The notes beneath the pieces are model-generated. The model had not been told where the DNA came from, ran no database searches, and was given only the letters and a program-made list of their open reading frames with translations. Of a stretch of DNA of 64,000 nucleotides, positions 13,450 through 25,446 are shown one piece after another. The position numbers and the translations under genes were made by a program. How positions within the stretch are numbered: position 1 is the first letter of the stretch; every line of letters starts with the position of its first letter. Source of the stretch: Octopus vulgaris (taxonomy: Eukaryota); the NCBI GenBank assembly GCA_951406725.2, contig OX597824.1, positions 36,146,001-36,210,000 on the forward strand, given 5' to 3'.

Positions 13450-14940
13450 ACACAAAATGCACTTAGTAAAATGGCTGATGTTAGGAAGGGCATCCAGCAA
13501 TAGAAACTTTTGCACACCACATCTGATGCTTATGTCCAACTTTTCTCTCAGGGCACTTATACTTTGTTGTATATGCACACTGACACATCCAGCAGAGCAT
13601 GCTAACTTCATTTCTTTCAAGCTTACACATACCTCAGCAGTTGCAGCCCATGTTTCACTGCCATGTAGCATGGCTGTTCACACACGTGTCATACAGTCTA
13701 CCTTTTACTCTGAGCGAGAGGTAGGAGCCCTCTGAAATTTGCCAAAGCTATTCTTATTCTAGCAGCTACGCTCTCAGAGTATCCACCCCCACTGCTGACT
13801 TGGTCACCTAGGTAATGGAAGCTATCAACTACTTCTAGTTTTACCCCCTGGCAGGTGATGAAAGCTGTTTTCTGCACATTTTTAGTGTTTATTGCCCCTG
13901 TGCATCTGCCACACACAAAAACTATCTTCCCAGTTAACCTTCCTTTGATACTGCTGCACCTTTTGTGTCCATAGCTTACAATGGGTACATCATATGGAGT
14001 TTCTACATACACCTTTCCTACTTACTAAGACTTTGGCTTTTGATATATTGACTCTAAGGCCCTTCAATTCTAGACCTTGCTTTCACACCTGAAACTTCTC
14101 TAGCTCTGGTAGTAACTCAGCTATTTGAGCAAGGTTGTCAGCATAGAGCTCCCAGGGGCAGACTGTCTTGAATTCCTCTGTTATTGTCTGGAGGACTATG
14201 ATGAATAAGAGGGGGCTGAGGACTGATTCTTGGTGAACCCCTACTCCTACCTGAAATTTTTCACTGTACTCATTGCCAACTCTCACCTTACTGACGGTGT
14301 CCCTGTACATAACTTGTACAGCCTTCATTAACCACTCATCTATCCCTTGTTTCTGCATTGACTACCAGATAGGGGATCATGGAACCCTGTCAAAGGCTTT
14401 CTCCATGTCAATGAAAGCCAAGTACAGAGATTTATCTTTGGCTAGGAATTTCTCTTGTAGCTGTCTTACCAGAAATATAGCATCAGTAGTGTTTCTCCCT
14501 GGCACAAACCCAAACTGCATTTCATCTAAACTAACTCACTCCCTGATTAATTGGGCTATGACCCTCTCAGTGACTTTCATCACCTGATCCAACAGTTTGA
14601 TACCTCTGTAATTATTCCTATCTAATGTGTCACCACCTTTTCCTTTGCAGCAGTTGACTATGGTGCTGCTGCACCAGTCATTGGGTATGACTCCTTCATG
14701 TATCACCTGGTTGACTATAGAGGTGACAAACCCTACACCGCCAGATATTTTAAGCATCTCTGCAGTGATTCCTGAAGGGCCGGGGAAATTCTCTGTCTTC
14801 ATACCCTTAATTGCTTTATCTACCAAAGTACTGTCAATTCGGCAGACTCTCTTTCTCCCATTCATTCTCTTCATTTAGCAACTTTTCTTAGTGGCATATC
14901 AAGTCTCTCTTTGCAGCATCACTAAATGCAAGTGAACCAT
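13450..14940 (-). mobile_element. RTE-clade LINE, degenerate RT
   Basis: Frameshifted ORFs carry GPSGITAEMLK, IPNDW, NYRGIKLL, QFGFVPGRNTTDAIF, GVHQESVLSPLLF, LYADNL, FHYLG and HGSETWA. Confidence 0.92.
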
Positions 14941-16229
14941 CGTGTCTGTTGACTGTAAACAGCCTCACTATCAATACAAGTGGTGTTGAATGTTTGTAGT
15001 CAACTGTGAAAGCATGTCCAAGTTTCTTCACATGTCTTGACACATTAAACAATTTCTGTAAAACAAAAAAGGGTTATTACTATGCCTGGGCTACTATTTG
15101 TATGATAGGTTGGGTGTCTATTACCAAGCAAACATGGAAAAGAGGATATTAAATGATGAAGATCATATATATCATCATCATCATCATCATCATCATTTAC
15201 TATCTGCCTTCCATGCTGGCATGGGTGGAATGGTTTACCAGGAACTGGCCAGGCAGAAGCCTGCATCAGTCTTCTGTAACTGTTTTGGCAGGATTTTTAC
15301 AGCTGGATGCCCTTCAAAACACCAACTATTTTACAGTGTGGACTGGATGTTTTTTTAAGTGGCACCTGTACTGACAGGGTCATCAAGTAACTTGCAAGAC
15401 AAAAATCATTTTTGAAGAGAGAGGGCATTGAAGGAGATGATCTTGTATCAGATGATTAAAGGCTTATAGTGAGACAGAGAGACTGAAACAGGTGTCTTGC
15501 TGTAGGGAGGTGTAAGGTTACCTGGAGAGAGAGAGAAAGAGAGAGAGAGAGAGAATGAAGACAGAAACAGGTGTGCTGCTGCAAGGAGATACATGGTTAC
15601 CCAACCTGAAGGAAGTGCAGGAGGAGAGAGAGAAAGAGAGTGAGACATAGATGGTGGCAAAGTGCCGGGTATACTCACAACAGACAGGGATCAGAATATA
15701 AATGGGATGGTTAAGTAAAGAAAGAGGGAGATATAGATGGTGGTATGTGCCAGGGCATACCCTTGAGGTTCGAAGGTTGTAATATGTGGCAAGATATTGC
15801 AAAAGGTACAGGATTAGAGTGTGCGGAGGGATGGGGAAGTGAGCGGGGGAAAACCTGGGTATATATAGAGTGTGGAGGGGAACAGTGAATAGTATTTCTT
15901 AGTATAGAACGGTCAATACTGTGATGAATTTCTTGTGCTTTGCTATTCCACCTCACTTTCTGTTTCTCATTGAAAATTTTGCTCTTCCAAGTCTTTTTCT
16001 TCCTTCCTTTCTCTCTCCCTCTCACTCTCTATTGTTATCTATTCCACTTTTCTCTTGTGCTCTCTCTCTCATTATTTCTAGTATGTGCATACTTTATATC
16101 AACCAATTTTGATTCATTTAAATTTGGATCCAAATTTTGAGAATGCAAGTTCAAATCATAGTTACAAACAAATATATTTATTTTAGGCTAAAATTTGCCT
16201 TGAATTTTCATTCCAATAAACTGATATAG

Positions 16230-19200
16230 TACAATATTTAATTTACCCTCTCGCAGAATAAGAAGGGCCACCACATGCATACATGTTGATCTGGTAAACA
16301 AACAAGATTCACTCCAAGGAAATTGACTCCATTATACATGTTGAGCTACAACATTCTTGCTAGGAGAAAGAGCTCTTCATTACTGTTAAAAGCCAGATGG
16401 TGCATGGTCCTTGAGGTAATATCAGCAAGAATTCACATTGCATAGAAGACAACAAATGCATCAAACAGTTTCCTTAGAGACCCAAATGGCTAAAGTAGTT
16501 CCTCTTAGAAAGGAACAATAAAGAACTGAAGCTACTAAATCTTGGCTGGACAATATGATATTATTTTCTCATATAAGCAGAAGGCTTGAAATTTGGGAGA
16601 GGGTGATAGTCTATTACATCAACTCAAGTACTCAACTGATACTTATTTTACCAACCCTGAAAGGATGAAAGGCAAAGTTGACCTCTGTAGAACTTGAACT
16701 CAGACGGATTAAATGCCACTAAGCATTTTGGCTGGTGTGCTAACAATTCTGCCTTAAACTGGACAGTAAGATATTGACAACAGATGAATAACTAAAAATG
16801 TAATGCATACAGTGTTAACTGCTGCAAGACAATAAAGTTCATCTGTCTGCAAATATGACATCATAGCATCTATCATTGCAATGTTTTCTCAGATGATTCA
16901 AAACAGTTGCAATGAAGTTACCCAATTCCAGCAAGGACACTGAATCAATTACAACGAGGCATGAATGAGTCTGTCTTAACTTTTTCATCCTCCCCATTCA
17001 TGAAGATAATGCAGCACTCTACAACTTGCTGTCCTCTTGGAAAATTACCAATTGGTTTATTTCACTCCAACAACTGCAAACACATAATCCAAGGGAATTT
17101 CAGCCCTTGTCAAGATGGACTGTCATTATGATCCTTGAAATATTCCATATATGGTAGGTTATCATCCTACTATACTTGGAATGACAAGCAATGGAGATGA
17201 AGAAAGCAAGGCACTACTAATAAAAGCCAACCTAACAATAAATTTTGACAGTGCCATTGGAAGACAGTTTATCGTACATGCCATCATTCAACATTAATGT
17301 TCCTTTTTACAACTTCTCCTGAGAATAATGCATTCAAATTCATTTCAAGATCTTCATATAGTAAATGAGGAAGCTTGTACCACCTACATTCCTCATACTT
17401 CCATTACAAGAAAATGATGCCTAGTTGGCTGCAATTTAATCAGAGAGGAATCTTTTAGCACTACTGTTAAAATGCAGTCAACAATCCAACCCATTTTAGC
17501 ATTGGTTCAGCACCATGATGACCTTGCCAAGATTTCAAGTATCAAACTCAACAGATAGACTCTGGTATAGAAACAGGGAATACATAGATAATATCTACAA
17601 TGCAGTGTTCATTATTAAGCTCAAGGATACAAATGGCTAAGAAATTAGAAAATACAGCCTTCTTTAATCTAAATACACTGAAGTCAAGAATCTAGCAATA
17701 AAATCTCTGAACAAGGTATCATATAATGTTGACATGTCAATAGCAAATGCAAATGATAATGAAACTTAAAACACACCAGAAAGTAGACTATTCTGAGATT
17801 TTTGGCAAAATTCAACAATAAGAAACTAGAGTTTGCTCTCTTGGTATTTATATTTATATTTCCAACATATTTCCCTCGCAATCTTTCAGGGCAATGCCTT
17901 TTCTGTTTTCTCTGCTGGAGCCATGAGAAACGTTTCTATATTGTGAGAGGAAAGATTTTTCAAAATGAATTCAAATAAAGGCACAGGCATGGCTGTGTGG
18001 TAAGAAGCTCACTTCCCAACCTCAAGGTTCTGGGGTCAGTCGCACTGTGGCACCTTGACAAGTGTCTGCTACTATAGTCTCTGGCTGACCAATGCCTTGT
18101 GAGTGGATTTGGTAGATCAAAACTGAAAGAAGCCTATTTTATATATATATTTATGTGTGTGTTTTTATGTCTGTGTTTGTCCCCCCACCATTGCTTAACA
18201 ACTGATGTTGGTGTGTTTATGTCCATGTAACTTGGTAGTTTGGCAAAAGAGACTGATAGAACAGTCCGGGGGGCGATTTCTTCAACTAAAAAGGACCCTT
18301 TTAAGGCAGTACTCCAGCATGGCCATGGTCAAATGACTGAAACAAGTAAAAGAATAAAGGCAGTATATGTCATTTCTATGAATTCCCGCTAAACATTGGT
18401 TATAACTGAGGTCAACATCAATGGCAACAAACTTAGCAGAAACAGAATATTTTTACCAAACATTGACCTCAATGATCTTGTGACTGCTGATCACTCTCTC
18501 ACCAATTAGTACATTTTCATAGTCACTACTTTCCTCAATGTACCTTTATGATGGAACTACAAAGACATTTCAGACCATCTAATGCATACCAAAATCCATC
18601 AACATAAAGGGAGGGCTACTGCAGTTGTTTCTTCAAGTATTGCTACTACAATCCTTCCTGGCTGCTGTACAACATATTCTGCTTTCAAACTCCCATAAGG
18701 CTTAGGCACAAATGATGTACCCACTCACAAGAACACTTAAATGATGCTAAATTATTGTCTGAGAAAAATGTATAATTGCTCACAAGAGAACCCAGAAGTT
18801 CCCTGGACAGACCATTGCAGGACAATGGATCTGAAATGGGATAAGTAGCAGTAGTATTACTAGGTGACTTCTATCAGAACCTGTCAGTGGTCTAAAACAG
18901 AATAAAAATTGATGAAATCCATGTTTGTTTTCAATCATGATCACTTTGAACCAATGTTAAAATCGTCAAATTTATATGCAAACATAAAAGTCAATCATTT
19001 CAAGAACAGCTGAGAGGTCATTTTGCAAAAAATTTGTTACTTGTCGAGGAGGGAAAATTTCTTCTTATTAGTAATGGCAATATGAACCCACCTCCTATAA
19101 ATGCAATGGTGAAGATAATAGATAAATTGATATTGAAGGTATTCTTCAACATGCAACAACATTAACTCACAAGTGATGGAGCAAAAAAATAATGTTTGGA

Positions 19201-20815
19201 TGCCGCAGCAGGAACTTCTAGGAAACAGTCTTCTTGCAATAGATACTGTTTGGGATCAGGAAGATATAGTTGATTTTAAGGCTGAAACTTTTAATCCATT
19301 GGAACTTCTAAGTTTCCTGCCCAACAAATTTCAGTTATCAAAAATAAAAAAAAATCCCAAATAATGCTGCAGCTAAGGTTCCATGTTGGCACAGAACAGC
19401 TATTAAGAAACTTATGCTAAATGTCAGTAAGACTACTAATTTTCACTGGGAGATGTGGCATGTTGATTTAGGTGATTTCAGTTTCTGACTTAACCATGTC
19501 AGATAACAAATCTCAAAGGAAAACACTAACAGTTGCTGGGCTGTATTTTTAGTAATAAATGACTAGACTACAGTCTACTCCTGACATACTTATGCCATCG
19601 CTTTTTGGACTTTTGAAAATTTAGGCAGCAAGAATGAAGCAGAAGATGGACGGGATGGGCTGAAATGAGCTGTTGACTTGAATTTGTTTAAGATGAATGA
19701 CAGCTTGCCAGGTTGAAGCCCACACACTATGGTTCCAGGTTCTTGTGTGACATGCTAAGTCAAACAAGGAGTTGCACCAATCTGCCAAGAATACAGACAT
19801 TTGGATTTCAACTCTGAAGTTATAGGTCCCAATCTATGAAGCCTTGCTTTCCTCGGCCAAACCGACTAGCAGGGTGATTTTAAGTCAAAGTTGCTCTTCT
19901 GCTAGCCTAGCCTATTAGTGGCATTGGGGTGTTGATGAGTGACCTTCCTCTGCTGGGTTCATTATTTGCCCATAACAGGTGTTACCAACATGGGTCAGGA
20001 TGAACCTTGGAACAACGGCAATTAAGAGGGTATTCCACACTCCTCAGAACATCCAATCTTCTGATCAGAGGCTTTACTGTCAGATGTGGTTTATCATCAT
20101 ACTCAGGACACTGAGTAATAAATAGTGCTTTCTAATGGCTAACTTTACATATGATATTCAAGTGTTGGAAGACCCCCAAATATTTTTCTTTATGCCCCCT
20201 GTAGATAAAACTAAAAATACTGAATATCCTGAGGTGCTGGTATGAAAATGTTCGGAATTATTAAAGCCACGATGGGTACAGATCTATTTTTATATACGCT
20301 AGGGTTTGTTCCATATCTTAATGTCATTTCTTAATCACTGCATGTATTACATACAGTTCCAGTATTTGAAATGTGTGGGTTTCTCTGAGCACCCTCGTTT
20401 CCGCACATTATTACAATGATTTTAATTATAAATAGATAGGTTACACCGGCTAATATTCACGTTCCTCCACATTTTCCAAATTATTTTACGAATTAAAGAA
20501 TTTCAAGAATAAAATAAAATAATCTTCTGTAGCAGTTTTAAATGAAAATAAAATTATCTTCGCATTCACTTTATTTAACACGTTTAAGTTATATATATTT
20601 CGTTATAGTATAGATGCTATTTACACACTGAAATTACGAGATATACAATTAATATTGATCACCTTAGCAGGACACCGGACTATTAAACGTGCATTGAAAA
20701 TAATTTTGTTCTTTAAATCACTGATAACCATTTTAAAATGCAATAGTGTTCTATTAATACAATCCTAGGTTATTTCTAGCAACCTTTTACCCTGGGCAAC
20801 GTCAGGTATACAGCC
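16230..20815 (+). mobile_element. Ancient decayed autonomous Helitron (Rep + PIF1-like helicase) with nested SINEs
   Basis: Manual translation: GPPHAYMLIW (HUH motif, about 16265), MVHGP*G, AIGR..LQLLL..SFQDLHIVN (about 17250-17370), AVVSSSIATTILPGCCTTYSAFKLP (about 18620-18695), LLGDFYQNLSV, NKSQG..LTVAGL (about 19505), SNG*LYI..SSVG and KTKNTEYPEVL (about 20210). A 3' hairpin CCTGGGCAACGTCAGG lies at about 20791. Confidence 0.85.
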
Positions 20816-20818
20816 AAA

Positions 20819-20903
20819 GGCAGAATTAAAGAATACGCAATTCACCCATTTTCGGCGTAACCTTAACCCTAAACATCAGGTGTGCGTATTCTTTACCTTC
20901 GCC
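20819..20903. mobile_element. Tiny GG...CC-ended MITE with an internal TAACCY repeat
   Basis: Imperfect TIRs GGCAGAATTAAAGAATACGCA / TGCGTATTCTTTACCTTCGCC around TAACCTTAACCCTAA. Confidence 0.55.
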
Positions 20904-22206
20904 GAGCAGGGAATATGTAAATATTATGTACATGTGTCACAAGAAAAATACATCTTGTAATTATTAAAGATGAAAACAAAGCATTGTTTCCTACTGGAAC
21001 GGTAGTATGAATTCAGATGACAAAATTACAACAGTTCACTTAATTTACTGAACCTTAAAGGAAATTATATGTTTTGCGTTTCCGGTTTTTGTGTATGTGC
21101 GTGTCTAAATTCTCTTAAAATCAGATCTGCTTCCCATGGCTTCATCCAAAATCGATCAAATATATTGTGGTCACTTTAATCGATAATACTTCCTCCCTAT
21201 AAAAGCAGCTGTCAAAAGTAATTATTATTTATTCACAGATGGGTCGATATATTAGCAGAATCGGTAATGTCAAATAAAATGTCTTGCAGCATTTAGCTAC
21301 GACTCTTTACATTCCGAATTTAAGTCCCGTCAAGGTCAACTTAGCCTTTCATCTTTTCGGGCTCGATGAAATAAAGTATCCTCCAATTACTGCGATGAAT
21401 TTAATCGGCGAACTCTTCCTCCGAAATCTGTGGCCTTATGCGTAGATCAGACATCATTATGACACACGTAGTTAGTTTCAGTATTATAAAGAGATGTTCT
21501 TTTCTCGTTTATATATAGGCACTTTTTAACGAAAGTGGAAAGAATAGGTGATCGACATAACTACTGCATCTATTATTTTAGAGTATCAAATAGTTAATTC
21601 ATCGGTTATTAATAGGGTTGAAGTAGTTATAACAACGTAAAACATGACACTTAAGTCTAACTTCAAGACAAACGACACCTGGTAAAGCTAATTAGAATGT
21701 GTAAACACATACACAAACAGATGCTTTGGGTGGTTTATGACTACTTGATCGCTAATATTTTAGGTAAAATTATATTTTAAATAATAATCATAGATCGCTC
21801 GAAATGAAAATAAAATAAACGTATAGAGATAACATAAACGAAAACATCAATATGAAAATAACACGAAACCGGAAATCGAAAACCCTGTCTGCTCGAAAAT
21901 GAGATTTCTTGACATGGACTTTAGTGCGAAATAATTGATAAAACAACATCATGTAATTGATAAATCACCTATGAAGGTTTTAAATTTGATAACAGAATAT
22001 ATATAATTGTATCCTATATGTAGTTAATTGGAGTGTAATGATTGATCATGAAACCGAAATGTTATACAGAGATCGAAATATATTATGAGCAAAGAACAAC
22101 TTGATACTGAAAAGAAAAAACGTATTTAAGTATTAATACGAGATAATTTAATTCGTAGTTGAACATTAATATTGCTAATATTTACATTTATTAAGAAGGC
22201 ACTTAC

Positions 22207-22225
22207 TGACAGAGATATTATCCAT
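22207..22225 (-). CDS. Candidate first coding exon (MDNISV, phase 1) of an unidentified divergently transcribed gene
   Basis: Minus strand reads CAGTC ATG GAT AAT ATC TCT GTC A|GTAAGT (consensus donor), inside the CpG-rich promoter-like zone. No downstream exons were identified. Confidence 0.3.
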
Positions 22226-22869
22226 GACTGGTTCGTATAGCTTTTCCAATATAAAGCTAATGAAGAATCGCCTCAATTGAAAAATATGAAATGTAAATCC
22301 CAATTACTGTTTAAAATAAGTTACTCATTTAAAACAAAAATGTGATCCACCAATGAATTATTTAAGTACTTCGAGTAAAATACGGATACGATATTCCTGG
22401 AAAGTACTTTCCCTTCTGCTCATTACGAGAGTGTTTCTTACGTTTGATTGGCCAATATTAATCACATGAACATGACGTAACACCAATAACGTTAGCCATT
22501 GTTTTTGTTACCTTTTCGATTTCCCCTATGTCAGTGTTGTCTACCTTTCTGCTTCCTTAATTCTTCACCTCTCTGTCACCCTTTCTCTTTATCTCTACCA
22601 CATAAAACGTCACACATCAACCCTTTACCACGTCACCTTTAAACGAAATTATTATGCTCGCAATCATACATAAATATTAGACAAATTTAGAATACGTCAA
22701 CAAAAGTGGGGGTGTGGATTTTCCCCGCGCTATTGGCGCTCAAAACTCGGCTGCAGTTGTATAGTTTGTTCGAAAACAAAATTAATTAAAACTCTTAAGT
22801 CGTATAGAGAGAAAACACTTCTTTAACTTCTGGATGATGAACTGAAAATCACACACACACATATTCGCA

Positions 22870-22995
22870 TCTATCTATCATCTATATATCTACCTATCTA
22901 TCTATCTATCATATATCTTCTATTTGTCTATCTATCTATCTATCTATCTATCATCTATCTGTCTATCTATCTATCTATCTATATATGTATGTATG
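22870..22995. repeat. (TATC)n microsatellite
   Basis: Seen directly. Confidence 0.95.
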
Positions 22996-24069
22996 AGGGT
23001 TCAGTAATTGTACTAGTGTTTCGTATGGTCTGTCTAGGTCCTAAAGAGTTATGATCAAAGATGTGTCGCTAGGTATACACTGCTAAGTGTGCCCTTTATT
23101 TTCGATAATAGGCTGTGATTTAAGAAAAATGTGGCTGCTATTTCTAGTGATCACATAAAGCTTTAGTTTTGTAGATAAGAACATTACGAAGACAATTTAT
23201 ATTGAAATACTCTGTAGATAAAACAGCTTTAATTGGTGACTAACATTACTTGTTTCATCGGTAAATACAGTAAGGCTGCTTCGGCTGGGTTTCATGCTTT
23301 TTTAAATCATACTTCGCGAAGTGTAGCCTCTCTGTAATTTTACCTAAGCGGTAGCTAAGAAATCGATATTTAATAACAAATGTTGGTATGGAAGAAGAGA
23401 AACACTGAAAGATTAAATTTGTGTTGGACTTTATGCTCTGACATTTAAAGTGTAATGTAAGTAAAACATATTTAATAATTAGAACATTAAACAGTCAACG
23501 TGTTGTGTTTTCTTATAGTTACGATGTCAACACCTCTACTTTTCTATGTGAACCAGTGTATAATATTATGCAATTATTTATACCCCTCTTCCGCCTTTAA
23601 TTCCTCTTAAGCGGTGAATTGCAGTATCGGCCGGAGTTATCTCCCGTAACAATTAAATTTACTCGACAGATTTGCTCTTCCTTTCTCCACTCCCATCTTT
23701 TTCTTACCTACAATTTTAGCTGTCTTTTCTATGCTTCCCTCATTAAACATGTCAATACTAACTTAAATGTCTTTTGATAAGCTGTAAAAATTTCAAGACG
23801 CGATCTAAGAGACACTTCATAGAGATGTGGAGTTTGTCTGGAGTTATCTTCCATGTTGCATTCTCTCCGTGGTCCTAAATATATTTTAGCTGCCCAATTT
23901 ACTGAATAACATTGAATATACTTTCAAATACGTAACTTTCTAATTACCATTTAGGCGCCATCAATGAGCTTTTTCATTTATTCTTGTGTGAGGAGTAGAA
24001 ACAACTAAAAACCTCCAAAAGTCTTTAAAATATATAAAATAAATTAATTTCTTTCCATTTTTTCTTTTT

Positions 24070-24106
24070 TTTTTCTGATGAAGGACTAGCATCTGAAAAG
24101 TAAAGG
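24070..24106 (+). ncRNA. Degenerate minimal hammerhead motif in a PLE 3' remnant
   Basis: TTTT-CTGATGA-AGGA ctagca TCT-GAAA-AG-TA-AAGG; stems II and III are imperfect. Confidence 0.45.
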
Positions 24107-24202
24107 ACTCTTTCCTTTCCTTTCAAGTGTTATGATAATTACAATTATGTTAAAATCTTTCCCTCTAATTTTGTCATTTTCTTGTTTTTACCTTATATTC
24201 AC

Positions 24203-24622
24203 GGATCCTTTCGGTTTGAACTGCAGTTTTTAACATAATTTCTAGGTAACTAAAAAATTTTTAACTTCTTATACTGGTAGAATGTGTTTATAAAATATCT
24301 TTTTCTCTTAACTCTATTGAAAAATTTCTATAGTTTGTAAGATATTTGTTGTTTTTTTTTTTCTTCAATTTCTGCAATTTCAACCAATCACTAATGTTTA
24401 TTGAGGTAATAAACATTCTGTGCCGTATGAATATGTCCCTCGTTTAAGAAACAGATTGGGCTTATTTACATTTGTGAAGAAAAAAAGATATCCTTCTCCC
24501 CACCCCTAATCCTAACCCTAAAATAGATTGAAATGCAATTGATCGATACTAGGGTCATAATTATGGGTGACAATTTCATATGACACCGCTAGAAAAAACT
24601 GCAATTCAAACCAAAAAGATCC
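24203..24622. mobile_element. GGATC-ended MITE with 8-bp TSD (Merlin-like), copy 1
   Basis: About 28-bp TIRs GGATCYTTTCGGTTTGAAC.GCAGTTTT; flanks ATATTCAC/AAATTCAC. Confidence 0.8.
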
Positions 24623-25029
24623 AAATTCACTCAACAACAAGTAATCAAAATGAAATACTATAGTAATAAAACTGAAAGTAAATAAAAGTACCTGTAATTG
24701 CAGCAAGGAAAAAGAAAACTATCAATTCCGAAATGTTGATGATTTTCCTTTGTCTCGGCATTTACCTTACATTTGTTTTTATTGCAACCACAATTCTTAT
24801 GGATTTATTAGGGCAAGTTGCAAACAGAACACTGAAATTATGTATTCAGTTTCAAGATGAATATATTTTCTGGAGTTAAATAAAGTAGTTGTTGGGAAAA
24901 AATCTATAAGATGTCCATCTGCCCATTTAACATCCATTTTCCCATGGTAGCATGAGTGGAGCAGAAATATCATAGAGGAAATAAGAGCATGTCAGAAATA
25001 TTTATGTGTTTGATGTTTGGAAAGAATAG

Positions 25030-25446
25030 GGATCTTTTCGGTTTGAACGGCAGTTTTTAACATAATTCCTAGGTAACTAAAAAATTTTAAACTTCATATA
25101 CTGGTACAATGTGTTTATAAAATATCTTTTTCTCTTGGCTTTATTGAGAAAATTCTGTAGTTTGCAAGATATTTGTTGTTTTTTTTCTTCAATTTCTGCA
25201 ATTTCAACCAATCACTGATGTGTATTGAGGTAAAAAAACATTCTGTGCTGTATGAATATGTCCCTTATTTAAGAAACAGATTGGGTTTATTTACATTTGT
25301 GAAGAAAAAAGATACCCTTCCCCCCACCTCTAACCCTAACCCTAAAATAGATTGAAATGCAATAGATCGATACTAGGGTCATAATTATGGGTGACAATTT
25401 CATATGACACCGCTAGAAAAAACTGCCGTTCAAACCGAAAAGATCC
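25030..25446. mobile_element. GGATC-ended MITE with 8-bp TSD (Merlin-like), copy 2
   Basis: Perfect TIRs GGATCTTTTCGGTTTGAACGGCAGTTTT; perfect TSD AAGAATAG (25022-25029, 25447-25454). Confidence 0.88.

Larger units (their letters stand above)
21800..23500. promoter_or_regulatory. CpG-enriched putative (possibly bidirectional) promoter upstream of CPQ
   Basis: CpG visibly more frequent than in the flanks. ETS-like CCGGAAAT (about 21869), back-to-back ATTGG/CCAAT (about 22447-22456), CRE-like TGACGTAA (about 22473), and TTTTCCCCGCGC with ATTGG (about 22720-22736). Confidence 0.5.
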
